Shown here: piece after piece, positions 1-12,100 of the stretch
Position numbering within the stretch: position 1 is the first letter of the stretch
Layout: each line of letters begins with the position of its first letter
NCBI GenBank assembly: GCA_028534125.1
Contig: CM052816.1
Span: forward strand, 43,030,001-43,094,000
Origin: Lama glama
Taxonomy: Eukaryota
Length of the DNA stretch: 64,000 bases
Direction of reading: 5' to 3'
Notes under the pieces: generated by a model
Seen by the model: only the letters and a program-made list of their open reading frames with translations
What the model was told of the DNA's origin: nothing
Databases searched by the model: none
Translations under genes and position numbers: made by a program

Positions 1-994
1 TTTGCCTTACAAATAGTAGGTACTCCACAAATTTGAAATCAAATTGAATAATGATATATACTTTTCCCACTAATTGAAGAAAAACTTTTAATTTTTAAAG
101 TGCTAGGAGATTAATTAGTGATAGATGGTATGGTATGGCATAAATGAACATTACTTTTTAATTAAATATTGAATAATTTCTGACATTTATTGAGTAGTTT
201 TGCTCACTCATTTTATTAGAAGAGTATCTCAAGGAACTGATTAGCCATATATTTTTAAAAAAATATTCAACATTATCTTTTTTAATTTCCTAATATATGT
301 ATAATAATGAAACTTTGTCAAAACATTTCATAAATCCCAAACTCTGTCTTGAAAGAAAGGATTTAGTCAATATGTTTGAAATCTTCAGACTCAGGATAAT
401 TATATAAAGCCTGAAAAAAACAGATAAACCCAACCTAGAAAGTTGAATGCAAATTTTTGTTTTCAAAATTATAAGTTTTTCAGTTAAGCTATTTTTATCC
501 TCCTGAGAAAATCCCACATTGCTACACCCATATTTACAGGGATAGTTTCTCAAGGTTAAATAGACAATAATGTCAGTTCCTCAAATATAGATGTTCTGAT
601 TGATTCCTAATCTTTCTAAGCACACAGCTGTCCGCAGAGTCCTCTCTCAGATTTTTGTGCTGAGAACTGATACAGGCATCTTAATTTCATTGTTGATAAT
701 ATTTATATTATACCTTATATTTTATATTATTTATATTTCTGTTTTTATGTGTAATTTTATTTCACATCCTAAAAATTAGCATAATGCTTAAAAATAATAA
801 TGCTTTGATACCTTTTAAAGGAATTTGCAGACTGCCTTCCTAGGCACTGGGCTGGGAGTGGCATGTAGGTGTGCCTAATTTCCTCACCCATTTCACATGC
901 AAAATGAACTATGTGCTCTCAGAAGTCTCCCTGATTAAAAATGTCTGTGGATTGTAGATTTCATTTTCAAAGGCTTGATTCCCTTAAGATCTAC

Positions 995-1476
995 TGGTGA
1001 GAGTAAATGAGCAGGCAAAGACTTACTGAGGACAGATCCATGGTGAAAACTGATGCTAGACCCAGATCCCCTCCTCTGGTGATGTGTCCATCCCTAGGCA
1101 GCTAAGGCAATAGACTGTGATGGTCTCACAGCTGTGTCCCTCACCCGTGTTGCCTGCGGCCACAGGAAACTGCTTTTCCCAAGGTTGTCCCCCTCTAATG
1201 GGGCATTTGGAGGCAATGACTGCTTGCTGAGAGGATATAAAGGTCCAGCCCTTCTGCCCCAGTTTGGGACATCTCTGCAGTCCCAGCCCCAGGGCTTCCT
1301 GTAGTACCATGAGTCCTCCATTGAAACCACGTTGTGGGTTACCTTCCTCCTCTGCTCAGTCCTGACCCCCTCACTTCCTTACAGGTGTGTCTCCCTGGGC
1401 ATCCCTCTCACCGTAATAAACCATCTATTCGCAGCTTTCCATTGTAGAGAACATTTCCAAGGAACTCAGTCTGACA
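995..1476 (+). mobile_element. Solo ERVL-class LTR, LTR16-like
   Basis: GC-richer block with a TATA-like GATATAAA (~1234), AATAAA (~1415) and an LTR16-type end ...ccaaggaactcagtctgaCA. 5' boundary approximate. Confidence 0.6.
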
Positions 1477-2489
1477 GATACTATTGTTGAATTTCTTGAA
1501 GTGATCTCTAAGTTTTAGGAAAAAACAATTAGATGTCATGGAAACAATGGCAACAGTTTTGGAGAGCTTGGTGACACATGGAGATTTTGAAGACAATCAA
1601 GGGAAGTTTTGCTGGTGGGGTTATACTCAGGTTTAAAACAACATTGATGGGAGGATGAAGGAGCACAGAAATGCCAGAGGAGATGGGCGTTAGGTGGCAC
1701 TAGAGGACAGTGAAGTTAAACTGAGATGGAAAATACTACAAAAAATCATTTATGATAGATTAAAAATGTCAAGTATTTAAATAAAACTAAATAAAAAATC
1801 AGCAAATGATAATGTAGTGAGGAATTTTTTTTAGCTACAAAATCACATCATGTCCTGGAGATTCAAGTGCTACAGAAAATTAGTATAAAAGTGCTTACTG
1901 CTTATTATTCATATACCATTTCATTGCAAAAACCAGGAAACTGTTTTTAGCTGTCAAATGTAAGAATTCTGTGATTTAGGTGTTCCTTTATTATATATCA
2001 GAGTATAAGGTCTGAAAATGATTGAATGTCTTTCCTAATGGTGCATTTGCCTGGTTCTCTTAGCCGCTAATCAGATATTTATTGTGTGAATGCATGAATC
2101 AATGAATAAGGCCGGTAGTTAAATGCAAATTCTGGGTGCGCTCCTTGCTGTTTAAAGGAATGAAACTTATTTGAGAAAAGTTGTACAGTCTATTGGGATT
2201 TCTGATGCTTTTGATTATTACTGCAGTTGAAGCCACTGTAGGTAAATGTGCTATTTTGACTTTTTTAAAAAAGTAGAGTGAATTTCTAAGAATCTATTAT
2301 TAGGACATAATCAAAAGTATGAACCAAATATATGTAGAGTTGTTCACTATTCTGTTACTTGTAACAGGGAACAGTTGGCAATGGTTCAGACTTTCAACGA
2401 TAGGGAAATGCTGAAAGATAATAAATAAACTGGGGCATTATTTAGTAATTTAAAGTATTTTCAAAACATTTTTGTTATGCATTAAAAAT

Positions 2490-3550
2490 AAACTTTATTT
2501 TTAGAACAGCTTTAGATTTACACAAAAATTGCAAAGGTAGTACAGAGTTCCCATATACTAAGCCCCTAGTATTGTTAACATCTCATGTTACTGTGGTACA
2601 TCTGTTGCGATTAATGAACTGACATAAATTCATTATTGCTAACTTAAAGTCCGCATACTTTATTCAGGTCTCCTTAGTTTTTTACTAATTCCTTTTTCCT
2701 GTTCCAGGATCCCATCCAGGACACTGTATTTATTTCATTTAGTCCTTTCTCCTTAAGTGCCTATTGGTTGCGACAGTTTCTCAGACTTTCCTTCTATTTT
2801 AATGACCTTGATAAACTTGAGGAGTACTGGTCAGTATTTTGTAGAATGTTTCTCAGTTGGAATTTGTCTGATGTTTTCCTCATTTTTGAAGTGAAGTTAT
2901 GGGTAAGGGGAGAAAGACCACAGAGGTCAAGTGCCATTTTCCACATCTTATTAAGAGTACATTCTATCAGCATGACTTACCACAGTTAATGTGAACTTTG
3001 ATCACTGGGTTGAGGTGGTGTTTGGCAGGCTTCTCTGTAAAGTTATTCTATGCTCCCCCAGCCCCACTGCCCCTTCCCATACTGTATTCTTTAGAAGGAA
3101 GTCACTGTGCACAGTTTACACTTAAGGAGTGGGAAGTTATGTTCCACTTCTTTGAGGATTTGAATTTGAAATTCTGTGCAGGAGATTTGTCTAGTCTCCC
3201 CCGTTATTTATTTATTCGATCATTTATTTATATCAGTATGAAGTCATGGATATTCATTTTATGTTATAACCCAATACTGCTTTCTTTACCTTTTTTGCTA
3301 AAATTGTTCCAGCTTTGGCAACTGAGAGGTCTCAGTTGGCCCTTTTGTTTCTTTGACATATTCCAAGTCATTGTGTGTGTTTATTTTCTTAAGCACTTCC
3401 TTACTTTATTACTATACGATGCTCCAGGCTCATCTTGTGCATTTCCTGCCTTAGTCCAAGGAATTGCCATTTTTCCAAGAATCTCTTGTTCCTTTTATTG
3501 GAGAATGGTGTTCAAAACCAAGATCTGGGTCCTACGTGTGCTCATTGCTG
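2490..3550 (-). mobile_element. Old L1 3' UTR fragment (L1MC4-like)
   Basis: Recalled antisense motifs: tttagaacagctttagatttacacaaaaattgcaaagg, agtactggtcagtattttgtagaatg, gctccaggctcatcttgt. Explains ORFs 2768-2989 and 2998-3579. Confidence 0.7.
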
Positions 3551-4097
3551 TTAGGAAGCATTTTATTTTAACGGCATAGAACAGCGTTTATTATAATCTG
3601 AAACTTAAAAAACATGTAAAACTGGATGTGTGATGTGAATTGTGTGTATATACAAGCTATAAATACAAAGTCATAGAAAACTAAGGGAGAAACATCAAAT
3701 GTTAACAGTTCATTTATCCAAGGGTGGTGAGGTTTTTGTTCTTTTGTACTTCCCTTTTTTTCACTCTGAGTCATCAATAATATACATTGCAATTAGAAAA
3801 AAGAAAAAAATAGCTAGTGTTTTCTTAACATTGAAATTATTTTTTAAAAGTAAAATGAGGCAGATCTTGTTAACGTTACCTATTGCCTCAGATTGTACTT
3901 TCAGCAATCATTAAGCTCCTTTGTCCTACAAGTTCTCATTGTATGCACCAGGAATTGAACTGAAAGGTGTTAACAACATCTGTGTTGAGGAGAATTTGAG
4001 GACAGTTAATATGATGGAAATTTCCCAGCAAACAACAATGTTATGAAATGTCTTTACCAGTATTGAAATGATTCGAGAAGGTTGTTATTTCTTATGT

Positions 4098-4350
4098 CAG
4101 GGTTTCTTAAATTTCAGTAGTTCATAGTTAACTGCCATATCTGCCTACCACCTGTAATATATTTTATAGTTGTCTCTAAGTTGATTTTCAAACATTTAAG
4201 AAAAACTTTTACACCACCCTAAGTTGTGACATAAAAATCTTATGCCATGAATGGAATGTCAACATAAAACAAAACAGAATGGAACAGTAGAATAAAACAA
4301 TGTTATGAAAGTTAAAAAATTAAAATAAGGTTTCCCTGATGCCTGATGTA
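4098..4350. mobile_element. Possible hAT/Charlie-type DNA transposon fossil
   Basis: Begins CAGGGTTTCTTAAA (hAT-like terminus) and loosely resembles 39026-39479. The other end was not found. Confidence 0.3.
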
Positions 4351-4369
4351 AAGTTAGCATGTACATATG

Positions 4370-4780
4370 GCCTAAAAAGTCCTGCATGGTCTTAGACCCT
4401 ACTTTACCACCTCATCTTGTGTTTTCTTGCTCCCTCCCACTAAGCCATGCTGTTCTTTAGAGCTTTGTTCTCATAACCCTCCCTACCAGGCGGTGCCTGC
4501 TCATTTGCCCGAGATCAGCTCATCCTTGGAGAAGCTGATTTTGATCTTCTTGACTCACTCAAATCCCCAGTTATGGTTCTCTCCCCCTTCACATATGCTG
4601 CTTTGTTGCACTTCTTTGTTACACAGCATTATAATAGTGAGATTATTTGATTGTCCATCTCTCTGTTGTTCTTCCACGAGGGTGTAGCTCTGTAGTCGCT
4701 CGTGTATTCCCAGCATGTCAGATAGTGCCTGGCCTGTAAGGGGAACTCGCTAAATTCAAAGATGATTGAGTAAGTGAATG
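4370..4780 (+). mobile_element. L2 3' fragment
   Basis: Pyrimidine-rich body ending atagtgcctggc...gattgagtaagtgaatg, the typical L2 3' end. Confidence 0.55.
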
Positions 4781-5018
4781 TTACAGTCCCCAGGGTTTTG
4801 ACATTAAAATTAGTGAATTCTAAACATTCCTTGTGAGTGTAATTTTTTCCTTCCCACTCAATTTGTTTCTCTCCCAGGTAATGTTAAATTTGACTAAGAA
4901 TTTGTGAGGGACAGGGAAAAAAAAGCCAATTAGTTTTTTGTACCGCGTAGAAAGATTTTGAAGTTCAGACCTGGAACTGCTTCTCTCTTTCCCCTTCTTC
5001 TCCTCCTTTTTTTATCTT

Positions 5019-5071
5019 TGTGTGTGTGTGTATAATATATATATATATATAATGTATATATTATATATATA
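5019..5071. repeat. Compound (TG)6/(TA)n microsatellite
   Basis: Read directly; sits at the tail of an antisense L1 end. Confidence 0.9.
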
Positions 5072-5190
5072 TTTATTTTTTGAAGTATAGTCAGTTTACA
5101 ATGTTGTGTCAGTTTCTGGTGTACAGCACAATGCTTCAGTCATACATGAACATATATGTTTTCATATTTTTTTATTGTAAGTTTCAAGAT
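5072..5190 (-). mobile_element. Short 5'-truncated L1 3' end
   Basis: tttttgaagtatagtcagtttacaatgttgtgtc matches the L1 3' ends at 9839 and 46926. Confidence 0.8.
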
Positions 5191-5620
5191 CCTTTTTTTC
5201 CTATTGAAGTATAATTGACTTACAATATTATATTAGTTTTAGGTGTACAACATAGTGATTTTGTATTTTTATATATTATGCTCCATACAAAGTTATTATA
5301 ATATTATTGATTATATTCCCTCTGCTGTATATTACACTCCTGTGACTCTTTTATTTTGTAACTGGTAGTTTGTAACCTCTTTATCTTCACCTATTTTGCT
5401 CTTTCCCCACCCTCTGCCCTTTGGCAACCGTTAGTTTGTTCTCTGAATCTGTGAGTCTGTTTCTGTTTGTTATATTGATTTTTGTTTGTTCTGTTTTGTA
5501 AATTTCATATATAAGTGAAAACTTACAATACTTGTCTTCTCTGTATGACTTACTTCACTTAGTATAATACCTTCCAGGTCTATCCATGTTGTAGCAAATG
5601 GCAAAATTTTCTTCTTTTTT

Positions 5621-6667
5621 TTAACATTTTTTATTGATTTATAATCACTCTACAATGTTGTGTCAAATTCCAGTGTTCAGCACAATTTTTCAGTCATTCA
5701 TAGACATATACACACTCATTGTCACATTTTTTCCTCTGTGATTTATCATAACATTTTGTGTATATTTCCCTGTGCTATACAGTGTAATCTTGTTTATCTA
5801 TTCTACAATTTTGAAATCCCAGTCTATCCCTTCCCACCCTCTACCCCCCTGGTATCCACAAGTCTGTATTCTCTGTCCATGAGTCTATTTCTGTCCTGTA
5901 TTTATGCTTTGTTTTTGTTTGTTTGTTTTTGTTTTTGTTTTTTAGATTCCACATATGAGTGATCTCATATGGTATTTTTCTTTCTCTTTCTGGCTTACTT
6001 CACTTAGAATGACATTCTCTAGNNNNNNNNNNNNNNNNNNNNNNNNNNNNNNNNNNNNNNNNNNNNNNNNNNNNNNNNNNNNNNNNNNNNNNNNNNNNNN
6101 NNNNNNNNNNNNNNNNNNNNNNNNNNNNNNNNNNNNNNNNNNNNNNNNNNNNNNNNNNNNNNNNNNNNNNNNNNNNNNNNNNNNNNNNNNNNNNNNNNNN
6201 NNNNNNNNNNNNNNNNNNNNNNNNNNNNNNNNNNNNNNNNNNNNNNNNNNNNNNNNNNNNNNNNNNNNNNNNNNNNNNNNNNNNNNNNNNNNNNNNNNNN
6301 NNNNNNNNNNNNNNNNNNNNNNNNNNNNNNNNNNNNNNNNNNNNNNNNNNNNNNNNNNNNNNNNNNNNNNNNNNNNNNNNNNNNNNNNNNNNNNNNNNNN
6401 NNNNNNNNNNNNNNNNNNNNNNNNNNNNNNNNNNNNNNNNNNNNNNNNNNNNNNNNNNNNNNNNNNNNNNNNNNNNNNNNNNNNNNNNNNNNNNNNNNNN
6501 NNNNNNNNNNNNNNNNNNNNNNCCATTCCGTAGGTTTTCTTCTTGTTTTACTTCTGGTTTCCTTTGCTGTGCAGAAGCTTATAAGTTAACAAATTAGGTC
6601 CCATTTGTTTATTCTTGCTTGTATTTCTTCTAGGAGAAAATTTTTGAAATGTATGTCAGATAATGTT
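5621..6667 (-). mobile_element. Young camelid L1, 5'-truncated, nested in the older L1 3' UTR
   Basis: Flanked by GCAAAATTTT(C/A)TTCTTTTTT at 5601 and 6668 (TSD, 1 mismatch). ORF2 C-terminus [26 protein letters not shown]. 4 differences over 137 nt from the copy at 58624. Confidence 0.9.
6023..6522. other. Assembly gap (500 N)
   Basis: N run inside a young L1. Confidence 1.
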
Positions 6668-9602
6668 GCAAAATTTTATTCTTTTTTGTGGCTGAGCAAT
6701 ATTCCATTCCATCTTTAACTTTTCATCTGTTGATGGACACTTAGGTTGCTTTGGCTCTTCGCGGTCTTTTGTGTTTCCCTACAAATTTTAAGATTATTTG
6801 TTATAGTTCTGTGAAAAATTCTTTGAAATTTTGAGAGGGATTGCACTGAATCTATAAATTGCTTTGGGTAGTATGGACATATTAATGATATTAACTCTTC
6901 CAGTCTGTGAACACAGAATCTCTTTCCATTTATTTGTGTCATCTTCAATTTCTTTTATCAGTGTCTTAGTTTTCAGAATATAGGTCTTTCACTTCCTTTG
7001 TCAAATTTATTCCTAGGTATTTGATTTTTTTTTGATGCAATTACAAATGGGATTGGTTTCTTGATTTTTCTTTTTGATGATTCATTATTAGTATATAGGT
7101 ATGCAGCAAATTTCTGTATATTGATTTTGTATCCTGCTACCTTACTGAATTTATTTATTAGTTCTAGTAGTTTTTTGGTGGGACCTTTTAAGGTTTTTCT
7201 CTATAAAATATCCAGTCATCTGCATCAGTGACAGTTTTACTTCTTCCCTTTGAATTTACAAATGTTATATCCTCTTATTGGATTGACCTTTTTATCATTA
7301 TGTAATGCCCTTCTTTGTCTTTTGTTATAGTGTTTGTCTTAAAATCTATTTGTCTCATGTAAATGTTGCTACTCCAGCTTTCATTTGTTTCCATTTGCAT
7401 GGAGTATCTTTTTGTATCCCTTCACTTTCAGTCTGTGTTTTTTAGCTCTGAAGTGAGTCTCTTATAGGCAGCATATAGATGGATCTTTGGTTTTTTTATA
7501 CATCCAGCCACTCTGCCTTTTGATAGTGGCTTTCAGTCTATTTACATTTGAAGTGATTATTGATAGGTATATACTTAGTGCCTTTTTGTTATTTGTTTCG
7601 ATTGTTTTTGTAGTTCTCTTTTTTCTCCTTTTAGTCCCTTCCTTTGTGATTTAATGATTTTCTTTAGTGTTACATTTGGGTTTCTTTCTCTTTGTTTTTT
7701 ATGTATCTATTATAGATTTTTGGTTTGTGATTACCATGAGATAGATATATCTATATATACCTCCCTATATATATGGATCAATTGATCTATATTTGTTTTT
7801 AACTGATAGTTAAATTCCAATGTATTCTAAAATCTGTACTTTTTTTTTAACTTTCTGCTACACTTTGTATTTATGTTGTGTTTGACATCTTTTTGTGTAT
7901 CTTGTAACTACTAACTGTAGTTTTTGCTTATTTTACACAGTTTTTTTCTGTTTGGTTTTTAACCTTTATAGTAACGTTTTAAGTGGTTGATCCACTGGCT
8001 TTACTATATATTTGCCTTTACCAGTGAAATTTCTTTTCCTGCATATATTTTGTTCTTGTTATGACCTTTTGTTTTTTCTGAAAGACCCTTTAACATTTCT
8101 TGTAAAATTTACTGGTAAGGTCTCCTAGTTTTTACTTGTAGGGATACTTTTTATCTGTCCTTAATTCTGAATGGTAACTTCGCTAGATAGAGTATCCGTG
8201 GTTGTAGGCTTTTCCCTTTCCACACTTAAGTATATCATGCCTCTCCCTTCTGACCTGCAGTGTTTCTGCTGAAAATTCATCTGATAGCCTAAAGGGTACC
8301 TCCTTTTATGTGACTCTTTGTTTGTCTCTTGCTGCTTTTAAAATTATATTTAACTTTTGCCATTTTAATTATCATATGTCTTGTGTGGATCTCTTTGCAT
8401 TTATCTTGTTTGGAACTGTTTCCTAGACCTGAATATTTTTTTCCTTCTCTAGGTTAGGGGATTTTTCATCCATTATTTTATCAAATATATTTTTTGCCCA
8501 TTTCTATTTCTCTTCTCTTTTGGGGCCCCTATCATGTAAATGTTGGTATACTTGATGTTGTTCCAGAAGTCCCTTAAAGTATCCTCATTGTTTTAAAAAA
8601 ATCTTTTTTCTTCTCCAGTTGGGTAATTTCCACTATTCTGTCTTCCAGGTTGCTTATACATCTTTCTGTATTGCCAAATTTACTTTTGATTCCCTCTAGT
8701 GTACTTTTCATTTTAGTTACTGTATTCTTCAGCTCTGATTCATTCTTTTTATGTTTTCTATTTCTTTATTGAAGTTCTCACTATTTTTCTCTATTATTTA
8801 CCTTAGTTTAGTGAGTACTTTTATGATTGTTGCTTTGAACTCATGATCAGGTAAAATACTAAAATCTCTATTTTATTAGGGTTTTGTTGTTGTTCTTTCA
8901 TTTAGATAATAGTTTTGTCTTCTAATATTGTTTACCTTTCTGTGTTTGTCTCTATGAGTGAGGCAAAACAATTACTTCTTCTGATCTTGAAGGTATCTCC
9001 TTGTGTAGAAGTATCCCTATGCAGACTGTGTGAGCCCAGTGGATTTGGAGGGAGGGCTGGAGCTGAAGAAAGCATGGTTTGAGGCTTCTCCTGGAGTGAG
9101 TTGAAAGCTGCCACCTTGGCAGGGTTGCAGAGGCTGGACCCAGAGCCCAGCATAGGCTGGAGCTTCTCCCAGGGTATATCAGAACTGCTCCATGGAGCAG
9201 GTGGATGTAGAGTTGCCCAGTGTGGGGCTCATCCCTCTCACTCCTTAGGGAGGACCTCTGAGTTTGTGATAACACTTTCCTCTTTTGGATCACCCACTGG
9301 GAGTATGGATCATGACTAGATTGCTTCTCTTCTCCTCCTGCATGTCTTGGTGTGTTTTTTTTCTTTATATCTTTAATTGTCGAAAAGTTGTTCTAAGTTT
9401 ATCATTTAAAATCCTCTACTTCAGTTTGTTCTCAGAGAGAGTTGTTCTATATGTAGTTGTAGTTTTGGTTTTGTCTTGGGAGGATTTGAGTTCAGGGTCT
9501 TCCTACTCTGCTATCTTGATCCTGCCTCCATACCCAGTGCTTCAGATTAAGCATCAGTGCCCTGAGCTGCAGATAAGCCACCTTCCTTTGTACTGGTTCC
9601 AG

Positions 9603-9699
9603 GTTCAGTACTGTGATGCACAGAGTACTTAGGGAAGGCAATGACTCACTCATGTCTCTGGAAGAATTGTTGAGTAGTTCTGGCATCCAACCCTTAAAG
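9603..9699 (+). other. Exon-like segment (97 nt) with canonical splice sites
   Basis: ccttcctttgtactggttccag|G ... AAG|gtaagt; one open frame FSTVMHRVLREGNDSLMSLEELLSSSGIQPLK, not recognised. Confidence 0.2.
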
Positions 9700-9838
9700 G
9701 TAAGTTGCATTAAGATGCTAAGGGAATTAGCCTGAATTTTTAATTCCTGGTTCTCTGACCTGCTTTTTAGGTAATGTCTAACTTTTGTTCTCTCTACTCC
9801 TGTTTAAAATAGGAAACATGAATGTCAACCCTCTGCTT

Positions 9839-10605
9839 TTTAAAAATTTTTATTGAAGTATAGTCAGTTTACAATGTTGTGTCAATTTCTGATGTACAGC
9901 ATAATAGTTCAGTCATATGTATATATACATATATTCATTTTCATACTCTTTTTCATTATAGGTTACTACAAGATAGTGAATGTAGTTCCCTGTTCTATGC
10001 ACTATAAACTTGTTCATCTCTCTTATATATAGTAGCTAGTATTTACAAATCTTAAACTCTCAGTTTGACCCTTCCCATCCCCTTCCCCCTGGTAAGCATA
10101 AATTTGTTTTCTATGTCTGTGAGTCTGTTTGTTTTGTAATAAGTCCATTTGTCTTTTTTAGTTTCTACATACAAGTGATACAATATGGTATTTTTCTTTC
10201 CCATTCTGGCTTACTTCACTTAGAATGACAATCTCCAGGTCCATCCATGTTGCTGCAAATGGCATTATTTTATTCTTTTTTATGGCAGAATCGTATTCCA
10301 TTGTATAAATATACCACAACTTCTTTATCCAGTCATCTGTCTATGGACATTTAGGTTATTTCCATGCCTTGGCTATTGTAAATAGTGATGCTATGAATAT
10401 TGGGGTGCATGTTTCTTTTTGAATTAAGGTTCCCTCTGGATATATGCCCAGGAGTGGGATTGCTGGATCATATGGTAAATCTGTTTTTAGTCTTTTGAGC
10501 TAAATCTCCATACTGTTTTCCATAACGGCTACACCAAACTACATTTCCACCTACAGCGCAGGAGGGTTCCCTTTCCCTGACACCCTTTTTAGCATTTATC
10601 ATTTA
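9839..10605 (-). mobile_element. 5'-truncated L1 (ORF2 end + 3' UTR)
   Basis: Antisense ORF2 C-terminal region and 3' UTR. Degenerate TSD CAACCCTCTGCTT (9826-9838) / CAATCCTCTACTT (10606-10618). Confidence 0.85.
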
Positions 10606-10964
10606 CAATCCTCTACTTCTGTCTTTCCTAAGAAAAGAGTTAACGTTGGCTCTTTTCAGTGTCCTCAGTGCATTTTTCCAGCCTCAAGCCCCAGGGCCTA
10701 TAATCTTCCCATTATTCACAGGGTTGAGAGTCAGATCAGTGAACTGGGGGGACCATCATGGCTTTGCAGTATCATTCAGTTTATTCTTTTCCTCCTCTGA
10801 GTAGAAAGCTTTTTGCTCTTTGTCCTTCCTATCCTGAATATATGGTCAGAAATTGAAAGAATGAATTCTAAGAATGTCCACTAGTCTTTTAAAAAGAATG
10901 ATCCAAATCCTATCAGTTCTTTAAAATCAAGGTAAATTGTAATTTCATAAAATTTCTCTGGCTG

Positions 10965-11095
10965 TTTCCATTTATCCATTGAGCTCTTCATTATTTATTG
11001 AAAACTGGCTCTGTGTCAGACACTGTGCTAATATTTCTGGGAGTACATACATTTAGTAAGACAAGATTGCCACTCTTGAGGAGTTCACAGTGTAG
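10965..11095 (-). mobile_element. L2 3' fragment
   Basis: atttattgaaaactggctctgtgtcagacactgtgcta...gagttcacagtgtag, an antisense L2 end. Confidence 0.5.
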
Positions 11096-11611
11096 AGAAA
11101 GCTATTTCTTTGCTTTTGGAAAAATCTTTATAGGAATAAGAACTTCTAACTCATACAGTCTCCTATAACCCCTATCAATTTAGAATATAGCTATGACTTT
11201 CAAACTTTCATGACTGTGCCTATATTAAGAAATACATTTTAATCTGTAAAATTCCATTTACACACATATACTTTAAAATCCAAGAAAGTAAGTAGGATAA
11301 CTTCTGATATTTTTCATTCCATTCCACTTGATTTTTTATGAAGTTGCTAGGTTTTGAACTATTTTATTGATTTCATGATTCACTAATGAATTGTAACCCA
11401 GAATCTGAAAAAAGCTCATGACAATATAATTTGGAATTGTTAAACAAATTAGTATAACAGTACTCCGAGAAGCATTTTTGACTTGGCTAAATCACAGGGC
11501 TGGTAAGTGAAGTGTCAGAACTGGAGCCCATGTTCTGGAGTTCTCTCTTCTGCCTCTAAATTTCTGTGGCATATTTATAGATAATTAACTTGGCAATTAA
11601 AATATGCAGTG

Positions 11612-11682
11612 GTTTTGAAATAGATTTTTTTTATTGTCTTAAACTCAGTTTTGAAATAGATTTTTTTTATTGTCTTAAACTC
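11612..11682. repeat. Perfect 35-bp tandem duplication (period 36)
   Basis: GTTTTGAAATAGATTTTTTTTATTGTCTTAAACTC at 11612-11646 and 11648-11682. Confidence 0.95.
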
Positions 11683-11869
11683 TAATTTTTTAAAAAACTA
11701 TTTCTTTGTCTTTTCTCATTGTATTTTAAGCATCTTGGCTTAGTATCCATGTCTGCATTCGTATAGCCCCACATGACTCAGCATAGTAAGTTACATAGAA
11801 TAGTCATTGTTAATTTTATTTGAGATTAAATACTGAAAGGTATCCTTTGTAGATGATCAGAAAGGACAA

Positions 11870-12100
11870 GTGTGGCCTGTGGAGTCAGTCTTCATCAGTT
11901 CAAATCCTGGCTCCATCACTTACTAGCTGTGTTATCTTAGATAAGTTATTTAATCACTCTGGTCCTTCATTTTCTCATGTAGAAATTGGGATAATTATAT
12001 GATATAATTATCTCATAGGGTTGCTTTAAGGATTAAATTCATGTAAAGCTTTTAGGACAGTGCTTGGCACTCAGTAAGCCCTCAATAAATGTTAGCTGCT
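11870..12100 (+). mobile_element. MIR SINE
   Basis: gttcaaatcctggctccatcacttactagctgtg core and gtgcttggcactcagtaagccctcaataaatgttagc tail. Confidence 0.9.

Larger units (their letters stand above)
5195..9529 (-). mobile_element. Decayed, originally full-length L1 with internal deletions (5' UTR, ORF1, inter-ORF, parts of ORF2, 3' UTR)
   Basis: The minus strand begins ggaggcaggatcaagatagcagagtaggaagaccctgaactc (L1 5' start). ORF1-like ~8100-8850; ORF2-like 6750-7560 (ORF 6715-6948 - is a shifted-frame ORF2 piece); 3' UTR at 5195-5620 resumes at 6668 after a nested insertion. Confidence 0.8.

Noticed and set aside
2998..3579. 193-aa hydrophobic ORF
   Set aside because: It lies antisense within an old L1 3' UTR; the F/L/I richness reflects T-rich DNA, and it starts at TTG.
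5942..6533. Long ORFs across the first N run (likewise 58669-59442 across the second)
   Set aside because: Artefacts of translating Ns; the flanking residues are L1 ORF2.
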